Positions 21,352-31,683 of a stretch of DNA of 64,000 nucleotides are shown here, piece after piece. The notes below the pieces were generated by a model. It saw only the letters and a program-made list of their open reading frames with translations. It had not been told where the DNA came from and ran no database searches. This stretch comes from an uncultured bacterium (GTDB lineage Bacteria > Babelota > Babeliae > Babelales > Babelaceae). The stretch covers positions 1,056,001 to 1,120,000 of the forward strand of contig OY970209.1 of assembly GCA_963713855.1 (NCBI GenBank), given 5' to 3'. The translations under genes and the position numbers were made by a program. The stretch's first letter is position 1; each line of letters begins with the position of its first letter.

Positions 21352-21929
21352 TGATGCTTAATAAAGATGGCAAAAAGCGGTGCTTTGGCAATGAAGAGGG
21401 CGAAGAATTACTTCGCGAGTATCACGATACCGAGTGGGGTGTTCCATCGCATAACGACAAGCACCTTTTTGAAATGCTCACTTTAGAAGGTGCTCAAGCT
21501 GGTCTTAATTGGCAAATGATTCTTAAAAAGCGTGCAGGATATCGTAAGGCATTTCATAACTTTGATATTCATCGAGTAGCCTCAATGACTGATGCTGAAT
21601 TGCAGAAGTTATCTTATGATGAAGGTATCATTCGTAATCGATTGAAAATACGCTCTGTGCGCAATAACGCTCGTGTTTGCCTTGACATCATAAAGGAATA
21701 TGGTTCTTTCAGCAAATATGTATGGAGCTTTGTTGGTGGTAAGCCAATAAAACATCATTGGAAGTCGCTCAATGATCTTCCCGCAACGACGCGTGAAAGC
21801 GATGCTTTATCGAAAGACCTTAAAAAACGTGGAATGAGCTTTGTAGGTTCTACAATTATCTATGCTTTTATGCAAGCTGTTGGCTTAGTTAATGATCATA
21901 TTACATCATGTTGGCGTTACGGAAAGTAA
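21351..21929 (+). CDS. tag: DNA-3-methyladenine glycosylase I
   Basis: YHDTEWGVP, LEGAQAGLNW, IIRNRLKI, FVGSTIIYAFMQAVGLVNDH...C. Confidence 0.97.
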   Translation: MMLNKDGKKRCFGNEEGEELLREYHDTEWGVPSHNDKHLFEMLTLEGAQAGLNWQMILKKRAGYRKAFHNFDIHRVASMTDAELQKLSYDEGIIRNRLKIRSVRNNARVCLDIIKEYGSFSKYVWSFVGGKPIKHHWKSLNDLPATTRESDALSKDLKKRGMSFVGSTIIYAFMQAVGLVNDHITSCWRYGK

Positions 21930-21982
21930 GCTAATGCAAAAATTGGTGCATGTGTAAATCGATACTTGCACCACAATGCATG

Positions 21983-22753
21983 TTAAGCGTTGGATCCCGA
22001 ACCAAAATTTAAATAATGATTTTGGTAAAGCCATACAATGACTAATACCGCTAAGGTCGCAGATAGGATTTTTGTAATGTTTGCTTGATTAGCTTCTCGA
22101 ACTTCTCTTTGACGATCTCGACGTTCCATCCGTCTTTCGCGCCGTTCTCGCTGTGCCTGAGCTGCTTCAAAGTTTGCATTCCACACTTCTTCTATCTCGA
22201 CAAGAAGTTCTTCTCTTTCAGAAGCATAGGCTTGCTGATTTGCGATGGCTCTGAGTAATTGCAATGGAGTTTCTGGTACCTCAGCAGTGGTGGCTTTAGG
22301 GTCTGCTCCAGCTACAAGAAGACCGTATATACCATCCCAATCTCCTACCATTGCAACCGCCTGCAAAGGTGTTGCTCTTATGATTGATGGGCCTCCCTCA
22401 GGGTAGACGCGAAAGTCACCCAGGTTAAAAAATGGCGCAGGGCTATTAATATCACCATATCGTCGTATATGTTTTTGCAAAGCCTTCTTATACTTGCCAG
22501 CTTGGCCAGTTAGTGAATCAGCAGCTACAGAGACAATATCCTCGGCCTGAACGTCATGGAAGGAGGCGCTTCTAGTTACATATATTCTGCCGTCGGGTAA
22601 AACAAGTCGGATTTGTTTGTTGCCGCATACAAATCTATCGTGGAGAAGGTAGCTAGTTGATCGGGGGGCGCTCCATATGGTTTTACGCTCCATACCTGTT
22701 GCTATAAAAGATAAACCGAGAGCACTTGTAAAAATAATAGTAATTATTTTCAT
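21983..22753 (-). CDS. Secreted single-ankyrin protein with Arg-rich coil and C-terminal TM (paralog 1)
   Basis: ATPLQAVA..G...LLVAGADP; colinear with 22929..23696. Confidence 0.75.
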   Translation of the reverse strand: MKIITIIFTSALGLSFIATGMERKTIWSAPRSTSYLLHDRFVCGNKQIRLVLPDGRIYVTRSASFHDVQAEDIVSVAADSLTGQAGKYKKALQKHIRRYGDINSPAPFFNLGDFRVYPEGGPSIIRATPLQAVAMVGDWDGIYGLLVAGADPKATTAEVPETPLQLLRAIANQQAYASEREELLVEIEEVWNANFEAAQAQRERRERRMERRDRQREVREANQANITKILSATLAVLVIVWLYQNHYLNFGSGSNA

Positions 22754-22928
22754 CGTTTTTCTGTCTTTCGATAAGAGTATTTAATCCCGTTATTATAGCA
22801 ATTTTATTTTCCGATAGGAAGCTAGAATTCCTGCAGAATTAACGCATCCGAGTAACTATTTTTCCGAACAATTTTGAAAAAAACGTGAATCTCCACACTT
22901 CGTGCTAACGTTATCGAAAGATAGTTTG

Positions 22929-23696
22929 CTAGCCGAAGCTTGACGTAGTTGTATGATGAGAAATCAAATGCATTATCAAACCGAGCAGTATAGCAAGTAA
23001 GACTGGATTTATCTGCTCCCGCTGTTGCACAATTGCTCGCCGCCTGACTCGTTCTTCTCTTCTTCTTTGTTGTACCTCCGGCATTACCGGCGGTTCGCGT
23101 CTTTGTTCTCTTAATAGCCTAGCTGATTCAAGCGTTTCATCCCAGGCGGCTCTTACATCAGCACCAAGGCTTGAGCTTGATTCTTGATTTTGTGCGTTTG
23201 CTGCTATGAGTAATAGCTCCAATGGAGTTTCAGGAACATCACTAGTTGTCGCTTGCGAGTCAGCGCCTTCCACAAGTAATCCATGTATGATATTGAGATT
23301 GCCTAGCACTGCGGCTGCTTGAAGTGGTGTTGCCATGAGCGGCCTCAAACCTCCTTCAGGATACTCATTAGCACTTGCAAGTGTAAAAAAGGGCGCCGGT
23401 TCGTTAATGCCGCCGTACCTACCGATATGTCTTGCAAGAGCTCGCTCAATTTCTACGGCGTTGTGAACTGATCGTGGATCAGACACTGCCGCCATGTCTA
23501 TGGCACGGTGCATTGTTCTTGCCAAATATCTGCGTCCATCAGGTAAAATGAGCATTGCCTTTTTTTGATCACGTACCAATCTAGATTGGTTGAGTAAATA
23601 TACTTGCTTGGGTGCAACCCATTTTTTATCATGCATAGCATTAGCCACAGAGGCTATACCAAGAATACTTATACAGACGGTGAAGAATATTTTCAT
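22929..23696 (-). CDS. Secreted single-ankyrin protein with Arg-rich coil and C-terminal TM (paralog 2)
   Basis: Shares LPDGRxY, RYGxINxPAPFF, YPEGG and VPETPL with paralog 1. Confidence 0.75.
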   Translation of the reverse strand: MKIFFTVCISILGIASVANAMHDKKWVAPKQVYLLNQSRLVRDQKKAMLILPDGRRYLARTMHRAIDMAAVSDPRSVHNAVEIERALARHIGRYGGINEPAPFFTLASANEYPEGGLRPLMATPLQAAAVLGNLNIIHGLLVEGADSQATTSDVPETPLELLLIAANAQNQESSSSLGADVRAAWDETLESARLLREQRREPPVMPEVQQRRREERVRRRAIVQQREQINPVLLAILLGLIMHLISHHTTTSSFG

Positions 23697-24071
23697 GTGT
23701 ACATCCTTGGTACATACGATTGATATATTTTTTCTTAATATATCAATATTCTTCTAATTATTCAATAAGTATATTCTACTGGAATTTAAAAAACCGACAT
23801 CACATTTGTTTTGAGAATTCAGTATAGAGCTACTGATTTTCTCGTAACCAAGGAGTCTGTTGGTGAGTAACCTTTAAGCACAATGTTCGCTTTGTAAAGG
23901 AGGGCCGGCTCTGCATATTCCTCTTTTATCGCAGTTGTATAGCAGTGCCATTTCATCATTTTCTCATGCGTCGCTGAGCGCATTCTAGCTCTATTACCTT
24001 CTCATTTTTCTTTAGATAATTTAAAGAGTACTAGGCTGTTATTTGGCTTCTTCGGTTTGGAAGGTAGGAAA

Positions 24072-27000
24072 TTAATAGGGTGTTTGCAACAAGTGTGCCA
24101 ATTGAGCACTTTCTTTGTAATCAAGCTGAGCCAAGGAAGCTCCCGTGTATTCATGGAAATTCTCCATGAGGCTGGCTAATAAAAAATTGAGCAGTGCATC
24201 ATCATGAAGCGCAGTGTATTCTTTAAAAATGTGCCGTAGTTCGAGAATCCAATTTTTAAGGTATGGAATGGTGTGTCTATTTTTTTTATGGGCACCAGCT
24301 AAAATTGGAATGAAGGATTGGTATGGTGTTTTATACATATTTTCGCGTAATATTTTGTCGAGTGCTTTGACTTTTTTGATGCTTGTGAGTATATGGGTTT
24401 GAGCACTTTTAGGAATGTCATGCGGATTTTTTAAGCTATGATACTGTGGTGCATTTTTTTCTAAAGAAGTTATTGAAGCATTTTTGATAATTTTTAAGAT
24501 TTCTGAGGTTGAAAATTCCTGGTAAAAGCCTTCTTGTGCGCCCATTTTTTCTGAATCTAGTGCAAATTTCTTAAGCTCGCTATTTGATTTTCCAAGAGCT
24601 ACAAAAAGCGTTTGCAATGGTGTTTTTCTATCGATAGCCTCGCGTGCCTTTTTTAGCACGTCATAGTCTATCTTTGATTGCCCATCAGTTATTACGACAA
24701 TATTTGCTCCATCAAATAGGCCGGCATTTGCTATAAGTTCCATTGCTTTTAAAAGAAAAGCTTGTATATCCGTTCCACCGCGGGTAGTTTTAAAAAGGTC
24801 TCGGTTTTTAAGGATATAAAGTGCTTCTTGAGCGTTAGTGATTTTAACCGGTTGTCCAATTTTGTTGTCAAAGGGAACAAGGACCACTTTGTGGCGATGA
24901 TGGCCCTGAGGCGAAGTATCGCTCAATGCTCTGCTTATAAATGCCAAAATAAGGGCTTCTTGGAATGTTTCTAACTCTCCTTGCATGCTGGCTGACGTAT
25001 CAAATCCGACAATTGTTATGCGCTCTTCTTCTTTTACAGGTCCTTTTTCTTTAGTGAGTTCTTTTTTGCGCTTAGAAAGCATGTATGCTTGGCCGCGAGC
25101 TATGCTTTTTAATACGTCTTGACCGGGTCTTGCTATTACTTTATTCCAATCGTTAAGGCGGTCAACAGGCACAAGGTCTCTACCGCGTTTAGGAGCATCT
25201 ACTTGCCATTTTTTACTCAATGAATACTTTGGCTTTTTTGAGCCCTGAAGTATGAAATTGCTGTGCTTATAGACAGCGTTAATAAGAAGCTTATTGTTAA
25301 GTTTTCCTGCTTTTAGGTCATCAGCTAAACGATTGATATCAATAGTTCCGGGCTTTGTAAGCTCATACTCTTGGCTTACAGCTTGCCAAATAAGCGGTGG
25401 GCAAGTTTCTTTGAACTCTTCAACAAGTGTCGTGTCTAACGGCGCGTAATCTTTAAGCCCGTCAAGTAGTTTGAGCACGGCTTTAAGCTCCTTGACAATT
25501 TCCTCTAACACATTTGTTGTAGTAGTATCTATTTTGACGTAGCTTTGGCAGTGAATGAGTATGCTTATCATTTGCATAATCTCTTTATATGTTGTGGTAA
25601 TTTTTTGCTCAAAAATTTTCCCGTTTAGGTTTTTGAGCCATTCATAGAGTGTAGGGTGCGGTTTTGTATGCAGAAGCTCACCTTCTTCTGTCTTTATTTT
25701 TTGCGCATCGTTTGCTTTATTGAACAAGCTTTTTACGGCATTTAATCGTGCAAGAATCGCATCTGAGGAAGAAAGGGGGTTAAAAGTGTACGTGCATAAA
25801 AGCTCGATAAGGTAATGCTTTAGTGGATTTATAAGGCCGTTGTTGTCATGGTGTACTGTCGGATAATCTTCTTGCCTCGCGTCATCATTTTGATCTGTGC
25901 GTTCTGTGTTTTTATTAAGCTTGCTCTTTTCAGGCTCTACATTGGATTCCTGTTGTTGGGCAGGACTTGCTGGTGCTGGATCATAGGTATGCCAAGCGTC
26001 GTCATAAAACACTTCTACCCACATGTGGGCGTTATTGGGTAGTTCGACATAACTTGTATCGCTATCTTGCTGCGCTTTATACCCGGCAACTACTCTGCAA
26101 GGAATTGCAAACACGTCCCTTATAATGCTTACCATGATATATGCTGCCATATCACACTGGAAAGAGCCACTTTTTAAAGCGGATATGGGGTCTTTTTCGG
26201 GTTTGGCATTCTTAATATAGGTATATTGTGTTGCAATATGGTCAGCTATGGCTTTTGCGATTGTTGCTGGGTGATCTGTGTCCTTGTTGTAGGCGTTAAT
26301 TATCCCTATTTGTATATCGTCGGGCCATTCGTGTACGTCAAAGCCTACGCGTTGAGTTGCAATTTCGTGCTGGAGTTGGGTGAGAGTATTTGCTTTTGGT
26401 TTTTCGAGGGTTATTGTTACCGTTGCGTACTCTTTTTTAAGTATGACGTCATATGAGCCATTGCCTCTATCTTCGACGTAGACATCAGGTTCGAGGGTTT
26501 TTGCTGGTATATAGCCGCTTGGTATTAATAGCCTAAGCAATTTTGCACCCGCAGTTTTAACGGTGAGTGTTTTTGATTCAGCTAATTCATAGGATTTTGG
26601 GGCGGCATCCCAAAACCGCTTACGTGCTTGAAAAACGTGAGATCGATTGCGGGCTATCGAGGTGTACGTTGCATGGTAAAAATAGGCAGTGTTGAAATTT
26701 GCTTCGGCTATACGCTGTTTTGGGCCTTCTATATCGGTGCTGTCTTTTGTGTGTGGAGAATACTCGTCACTAGGCATGTTCAGCTTGTCATTGTGTTCTT
26801 CGAAGGGATGTTCGCCTTTTGGGCATGCTTTAAAATGCTCAATGTATTCGTCAAGTGCTTGGAGAGCTAAAACGTTTGATTGAAGATCTTTAAGCTGTGT
26901 TTCTTTGCTTTTTAAAAGCATAAGTGCATCATCGATAATTGCATCGACAAGCTTAGTATTGAATGTTTTTGCCCGAATTTGTTTAAGTTCGTTTTGTATT

Positions 27001-27251
27001 TTAAACAGTGGAGAGCCGATGCACTCATCCTCTATAGAACGCTTTAAGAGATTTATATAGATACGATTTGCTTCATCGATTGTTATAGCAAACCGGAAAG
27101 GATTTTTGTATATGCCGAGTCTCTCTTGATAGTCGTGTAAGGCTTTCAGGGTAGTTTTTTTTAATGCTTGATATTCGCCACATGGCAGGGTTAGGGATAG
27201 GTTTATCCACAGCATTGCCGGTATGATGTACTTATTCGTCTTCATTTTCAT
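24072..27251 (-). CDS. Transglutaminase-like domain fused to a C-terminal vWA domain
   Basis: FQCDMAA...IPCRVVAGY...HMWVEVFYDDAWHTYDP (Cys-His-Asp triad); MIDAS elements GFDTSASM, GGTDI, VITDG. Confidence 0.88.
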   Translation of the reverse strand: MKMKTNKYIIPAMLWINLSLTLPCGEYQALKKTTLKALHDYQERLGIYKNPFRFAITIDEANRIYINLLKRSIEDECIGSPLFKIQNELKQIRAKTFNTKLVDAIIDDALMLLKSKETQLKDLQSNVLALQALDEYIEHFKACPKGEHPFEEHNDKLNMPSDEYSPHTKDSTDIEGPKQRIAEANFNTAYFYHATYTSIARNRSHVFQARKRFWDAAPKSYELAESKTLTVKTAGAKLLRLLIPSGYIPAKTLEPDVYVEDRGNGSYDVILKKEYATVTITLEKPKANTLTQLQHEIATQRVGFDVHEWPDDIQIGIINAYNKDTDHPATIAKAIADHIATQYTYIKNAKPEKDPISALKSGSFQCDMAAYIMVSIIRDVFAIPCRVVAGYKAQQDSDTSYVELPNNAHMWVEVFYDDAWHTYDPAPASPAQQQESNVEPEKSKLNKNTERTDQNDDARQEDYPTVHHDNNGLINPLKHYLIELLCTYTFNPLSSSDAILARLNAVKSLFNKANDAQKIKTEEGELLHTKPHPTLYEWLKNLNGKIFEQKITTTYKEIMQMISILIHCQSYVKIDTTTTNVLEEIVKELKAVLKLLDGLKDYAPLDTTLVEEFKETCPPLIWQAVSQEYELTKPGTIDINRLADDLKAGKLNNKLLINAVYKHSNFILQGSKKPKYSLSKKWQVDAPKRGRDLVPVDRLNDWNKVIARPGQDVLKSIARGQAYMLSKRKKELTKEKGPVKEEERITIVGFDTSASMQGELETFQEALILAFISRALSDTSPQGHHRHKVVLVPFDNKIGQPVKITNAQEALYILKNRDLFKTTRGGTDIQAFLLKAMELIANAGLFDGANIVVITDGQSKIDYDVLKKAREAIDRKTPLQTLFVALGKSNSELKKFALDSEKMGAQEGFYQEFSTSEILKIIKNASITSLEKNAPQYHSLKNPHDIPKSAQTHILTSIKKVKALDKILRENMYKTPYQSFIPILAGAHKKNRHTIPYLKNWILELRHIFKEYTALHDDALLNFLLASLMENFHEYTGASLAQLDYKESAQLAHLLQTPY

Positions 27252-28722
27252 GGCTCAATGCGATTTGTCGCTCAATGTCGTACACCTCTTCGAGTTCGTT
27301 TTGATTGGTCATACATTCGAGTAGTGCGTAATATTCTGCTGAATCTTTGAGGATATTTTGGTGCTTTTCGATAGATTTAACAAATAATTGCTTAAATCGT
27401 TCTTGTTCTTCTAAAAGATACTCTACTGTTGTCTTTTCTCTTTTATCTTTTGGATAGTAGTGGTTAGATGTGAAAAATGCGCCGAAATCGATATCTATTT
27501 GGGTTTGGTTATTGTTTATTGGAAAGACGAGTTTTGTAACACCGAAAGAGACGGTTGTTAGGACAAGGTAGGCTCGCCAAAGCGAGAAGGGGCCTACTGG
27601 ATATCGGTTATGTGGAAGGCTTTTAAGTGTATTTTCTAAAGCGTCTATATCACTTAGCAAGCTTGAGGTTAAAAGATCAAAGAAGACCGACATAAGTATG
27701 ACATCACGCATTTTTTCTCTTAAGCGTTCGGTATATTCTGCTGTAGGATAATAGGGATCTTGTGTGTCTTTGCTGGAGTCTCTTTCTTCTTGGGTTTCGA
27801 TAGCAAGAATAGTTTCTTTTCTCAATAAGTTGCTAAACTCACGTAATAGGCTTAAAAACTCTTCATTAGGTCTTACTATAAGGTAAGCGAGAGTTCTTAA
27901 TTCTTGCCAGTCAAGCGGATTGGCTGTAGTATTTTCTTTTTTTTGTGCATTGAAAGCCGCGTCAAGTTCGGCAAGATAGTTATAGTCCAGTTCAGCCTGG
28001 TCTTCTGGTGCAAGCCAGTTTGGAATAAAGGCGATTGTGGTAAATCTGTTTAATAGTGCGGCGGCAGTGGAGCGTTGGCCGTTTTCGGTAAACTGTTGAT
28101 ATATTTCGTAGATATTGGAATTGCTTGTCGAAAGTATAGTTTCGAGTTCTGATATGATGACTTTGTTACCTGCCAATATTTTTCGTTCAATTAGTAGACT
28201 TAATAGCGCAGCTAAAGTTGCTGGATTTCCCTTATCGATTTCATCTATGAGTGCAACGCGAAAGTCTGCAAGAGACCCTTTAGTGTTGACTTCAAAGCGC
28301 CCTTCTTTAGCGGCAGTAAAATTTTGTCCGCCAACAAATACTTGTTCGTTCATCATCTGGTGCATCTGTAACTCGAAAGCGATCTCGTTATCTTGATCAT
28401 AGAGCCACTTAATGAATTTTGATTTTGCTCCCCCTGGTGGCCCATGAAGGAACATGTTTCCTTCCATAAGCCGGGTGATATGAAAAGCATGGTACACGGA
28501 ATCGAATTGTTTGAACTCTTTTTGAAAAAGAGCTTTTCTTCTACGTGCAATAGCTTGTGATTCTTGTAAGATTTTTTTTGAATGGTCTGTTAGCCCTTGA
28601 TAGTTTCCCTCGGTATCTCTTTTTATGTACTTTGTTGTATCTATTGAATCTAAAGCTGCTGCGCGCAACACCAGTAGTGCGCCAATCAAGCTTAATTTAC
28701 TAAAAGACGCGTGAATATTCAT
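27232..28722 (-). CDS. RavA/MoxR-like AAA+ ATPase with signal-like N-terminus
   Basis: Walker A GPPGGAKS, Walker B LIDEIDK, LLSLLIERK, STSN, ALLNRF. RBS GAGG before ATG 28722; overlaps the vWA gene start. Confidence 0.88.
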   Translation of the reverse strand: MNIHASFSKLSLIGALLVLRAAALDSIDTTKYIKRDTEGNYQGLTDHSKKILQESQAIARRRKALFQKEFKQFDSVYHAFHITRLMEGNMFLHGPPGGAKSKFIKWLYDQDNEIAFELQMHQMMNEQVFVGGQNFTAAKEGRFEVNTKGSLADFRVALIDEIDKGNPATLAALLSLLIERKILAGNKVIISELETILSTSNSNIYEIYQQFTENGQRSTAAALLNRFTTIAFIPNWLAPEDQAELDYNYLAELDAAFNAQKKENTTANPLDWQELRTLAYLIVRPNEEFLSLLREFSNLLRKETILAIETQEERDSSKDTQDPYYPTAEYTERLREKMRDVILMSVFFDLLTSSLLSDIDALENTLKSLPHNRYPVGPFSLWRAYLVLTTVSFGVTKLVFPINNNQTQIDIDFGAFFTSNHYYPKDKREKTTVEYLLEEQERFKQLFVKSIEKHQNILKDSAEYYALLECMTNQNELEEVYDIERQIALSHENEDE

Positions 28723-28873
28723 AAAGATCCTCGTCCGGCGCTGCGTACGCTGCATGCTTAACCTTCTTGCTTTCAAGAACGTAAGGATTTTATTTTTGTG
28801 CCGGCTCTCTAGTTTATCAATTTACTTATCTAAGCCAACTTCTTTTTTAGAAAACGCGCATTTTTAAACGATA

Positions 28874-30505
28874 TTATGTTGGTTCTAAGTGAATTTTGAG
28901 TGAAGATTGTAAAGATATATTTTCTAGTTGGTGTCGTTGATCATGGTCAACATACAAGTCAGTTAATGAAGTGATAGATGCTAGAGGTTGTAGGCTTTGT
29001 ATTGGATTGTGGGCAATACGGACTTCTGTCAGGTGTTTGAGTGATGAGAGTGGTGAGATGTCTTCTAGTTGATTATCGCTTAGATCAATTATTTTTATAT
29101 TTAGGTTTTTAAGTGGCTCAATGTTTTTGATTTTGTTGTTAGCCAATTTTAGCTCTTTTAAGTTTATAAGGTAGCGCAGTGGTGAGCTATCTATTATGGT
29201 GTTATTGCTTAGATTGAGTTTTTCAAGTTTTTCGAGTAAGCCTATGGGTTCTATGCTTTGTATTTTGTTACTATTAGATAATGTTAATGATGTCATTCGT
29301 CTCATGGTTGCAAAAGGCGTTTTGCCTGCCATTGTATATAGTGCGCTCAAAGTATTTTGTATTCTTTGTGGATACTTGTCTTTGTGGTTGATTATAACGC
29401 GCAGATAGTCATCTTTATGTATAGGAATGGCTAAAGAATCATCCCATCGCCATTCGTTATCATTTTGGAATAAGTCGTTTTCGAATTGTAAAGTATATCT
29501 TTGGGTCTTTGCATTACTGGCTTTTTTGTGCCTGACGAGCCTAAATCCTAAGGTTTTTCCAGTCGTGTCTTTGTAATAGATAGGTCTTACTACATTTTCG
29601 AGAGTGGTTTTACCCATTACAGCATAAGCTGAACTGAAGACAAGGCCGCTATACAGTTTTTCACTTTTTTTTGTGTAGAGCGTGGATGCGTCTCTTGTAA
29701 ACTCCCAGATTGTTCCTGTCTCCTCATCATTATCTGTGGTAGCGAATGTTGTTTTAAATGCTTTTAGTTTTGAGGTTTTTGAAGGCCATTGTTTTCCTAC
29801 GTTTGTTTGTAAGAAAGCCTCATATTCATTAATGGATGGGAGCATATAGGTATATTTTTCATTGTTTTGATTCATTTTACCAACAAGCTCTTCGATGGTG
29901 GTTAAAGAGGCGTAGGTCATGAAGTTATTTGGCTCCATAGTGATCGTTTTGTAATCTATTGTTATCTCTTGTGTGCCTTTGTGTTCGAGCTCTTCTGGCA
30001 ATTGGAGCATTATGGTTGCCCATTGGTATTCAGTGATTGGTGTTTCTGTTATTTCTATATCATCATCGATGTTAAAGTTTTCTTGGTTGAGGCTTTGATA
30101 CATTCCTGCGGGTATACGGGTAAAATGCATTGGTTTGTATAGGTCTTGGGTGTTTTTATGGGCCTTATCGCGCAATTGACTTTCCTTTTGAAATACCTTG
30201 AGCATTTTTTGGCACCATTTTTTTAGCTCTTTTTTATCTATTTTGTGCTTATAGAGCTCTACAATTTTATTGAGCTGCTTCCAATAGATAAATACGGTAT
30301 GAGAAGCATATGCTTGGGCTTTAGGTATTGGATTATAGAGGATTTGTTTTTCTAGTATTTTTTGAATGCTTTCTGTTTTGAGGATGTCTTTATTTGCTAA
30401 GCTTTCTAGGAATAGAAGGACTTTTTCGGTTTGTGGTTTGTTTGGTCCCGTTTTGGCAGTTGAAACAATGATAAGGCTTAGTATGAGAGCTGCGATAAGC
30501 TTCAT
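28874..30505 (-). CDS. Secreted FGE-sulfatase-like domain plus internalin-like LRR protein
   Basis: FTRIPAG, TPITEYQW, LPSINEYE, GTIWEF, GFRLVR; then LxxLxLSNN/LANN/LSDNQL repeats. Confidence 0.8.
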   Translation of the reverse strand: MKLIAALILSLIIVSTAKTGPNKPQTEKVLLFLESLANKDILKTESIQKILEKQILYNPIPKAQAYASHTVFIYWKQLNKIVELYKHKIDKKELKKWCQKMLKVFQKESQLRDKAHKNTQDLYKPMHFTRIPAGMYQSLNQENFNIDDDIEITETPITEYQWATIMLQLPEELEHKGTQEITIDYKTITMEPNNFMTYASLTTIEELVGKMNQNNEKYTYMLPSINEYEAFLQTNVGKQWPSKTSKLKAFKTTFATTDNDEETGTIWEFTRDASTLYTKKSEKLYSGLVFSSAYAVMGKTTLENVVRPIYYKDTTGKTLGFRLVRHKKASNAKTQRYTLQFENDLFQNDNEWRWDDSLAIPIHKDDYLRVIINHKDKYPQRIQNTLSALYTMAGKTPFATMRRMTSLTLSNSNKIQSIEPIGLLEKLEKLNLSNNTIIDSSPLRYLINLKELKLANNKIKNIEPLKNLNIKIIDLSDNQLEDISPLSSLKHLTEVRIAHNPIQSLQPLASITSLTDLYVDHDQRHQLENISLQSSLKIHLEPT

Positions 30506-30575
30506 GTTCTACTCACTTTTTTGGCTTTTTCGTTAATGAAGCTTATCGAAAAATTAAATTTGCACAAATCTGGCC

Positions 30576-31439
30576 TTAGCTTTTTAGTGCGCCGTGTTCT
30601 TTTAGTTGACGTAGTAACCCGCGGATTCTTTTTTCTTTAAAATGTATAGCGGTCATGCCTAATTTACGCGCTGCGTGTATGTTTTCTTCCTGGTCATCAA
30701 TAAATATGCATTCTTGTGGATTTAATTTTGCTTTATCAAGCAGCTCGTGGAAGAAGGCGGGATCGGGCTTTACCTTTTTTTCGAATCCTGAGATGAAGAT
30801 ATTTTCTTTTTTAAAATGACGGAATATGTGCCTCAATGAGTCATCGTAATACATGAGATCAAATGAATCTGGGTCCCAGTTTGAAGCGATGTATGATTCG
30901 ATATCTGGGTTATTCGCGCATTTTTGAAGAACTATTCGCATGAGTGGCAGTGGTTTCATATTTTTGGCATAGAGTTTTGGAGAGAACAACAATTTAAGTG
31001 ATTTTTGTAAAAATTGCTTTTCACTGTCGGTCCAATATTCTTTTTGTTGATCGAGGAGTCTGAATGATTCTTTGAGTGTTTCTTTGCTTGAAATTTTGCC
31101 TTCTAGCCAGTCGGTCATGCGTACTGGTAGTAATCGTCCGCCTGGTTCTTTTACTCCTATCTCATTTACGCCGGAATAATCTTCTTCTAGAACATTAAAT
31201 AATCTTTCGGTCAGAAGGCCTTGCATGCCTTTGCCGTGCTGAAGATAGAGTTTCATGCATTGACCGAGACCAAGATAATTGGCAATGCTTAGCTTTCTGG
31301 GCTTTACGAGCGTATATCCAAGGTCCCAGATGATTGCTTTTTTCTTGATCGTGCTGGTATTTCCAATCCCGCTGATTATGGCACATGGTCCGCTTATTAA
31401 CGCGCAGGTCAACACAACGTTCGTCACTATTTTTTTCAT
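30576..31439 (-). CDS. HAD-IA family phosphatase with N-terminal hydrophobic segment
   Basis: IIWDLGYTL, IASNW, KPDPAFF, CIFIDDQEENIHAARKLGM. Confidence 0.88.
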   Translation of the reverse strand: MKKIVTNVVLTCALISGPCAIISGIGNTSTIKKKAIIWDLGYTLVKPRKLSIANYLGLGQCMKLYLQHGKGMQGLLTERLFNVLEEDYSGVNEIGVKEPGGRLLPVRMTDWLEGKISSKETLKESFRLLDQQKEYWTDSEKQFLQKSLKLLFSPKLYAKNMKPLPLMRIVLQKCANNPDIESYIASNWDPDSFDLMYYDDSLRHIFRHFKKENIFISGFEKKVKPDPAFFHELLDKAKLNPQECIFIDDQEENIHAARKLGMTAIHFKEKRIRGLLRQLKEHGALKS

Positions 31440-31683
31440 ATTTTTTATTTTCGCTTGATTGATGTGAAAAATTATAGCTTATTAGCCATCGTAATGACAA
31501 AGGTAGATTTGAAAATGTTAAAGTCTGGATAAATGTGTTGTTTGTGTGCTATTTGAGGTAGTTTGTGAAAAACTTTTTCTTTTCTTTTTTTGAGAGCAGA
31601 TTATTTTTATATTTTTTGTTTTCTGATGGTTTTTGCTCTGAATCTTTTATTATTGTTTTTTTTTAATTATTGATCGAAAGAAT

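Noticed and set aside
23820..24060. Possible gene remnant or RNA at the edge of the skewed block
   Set aside because: Only one imperfect hairpin and short broken frames; nothing assignable.
28874..30505. FGE-sulfatase domain as a diversity-generating retroelement target
   Set aside because: No reverse transcriptase or template repeat seen, and the domain is internal, followed by LRRs.
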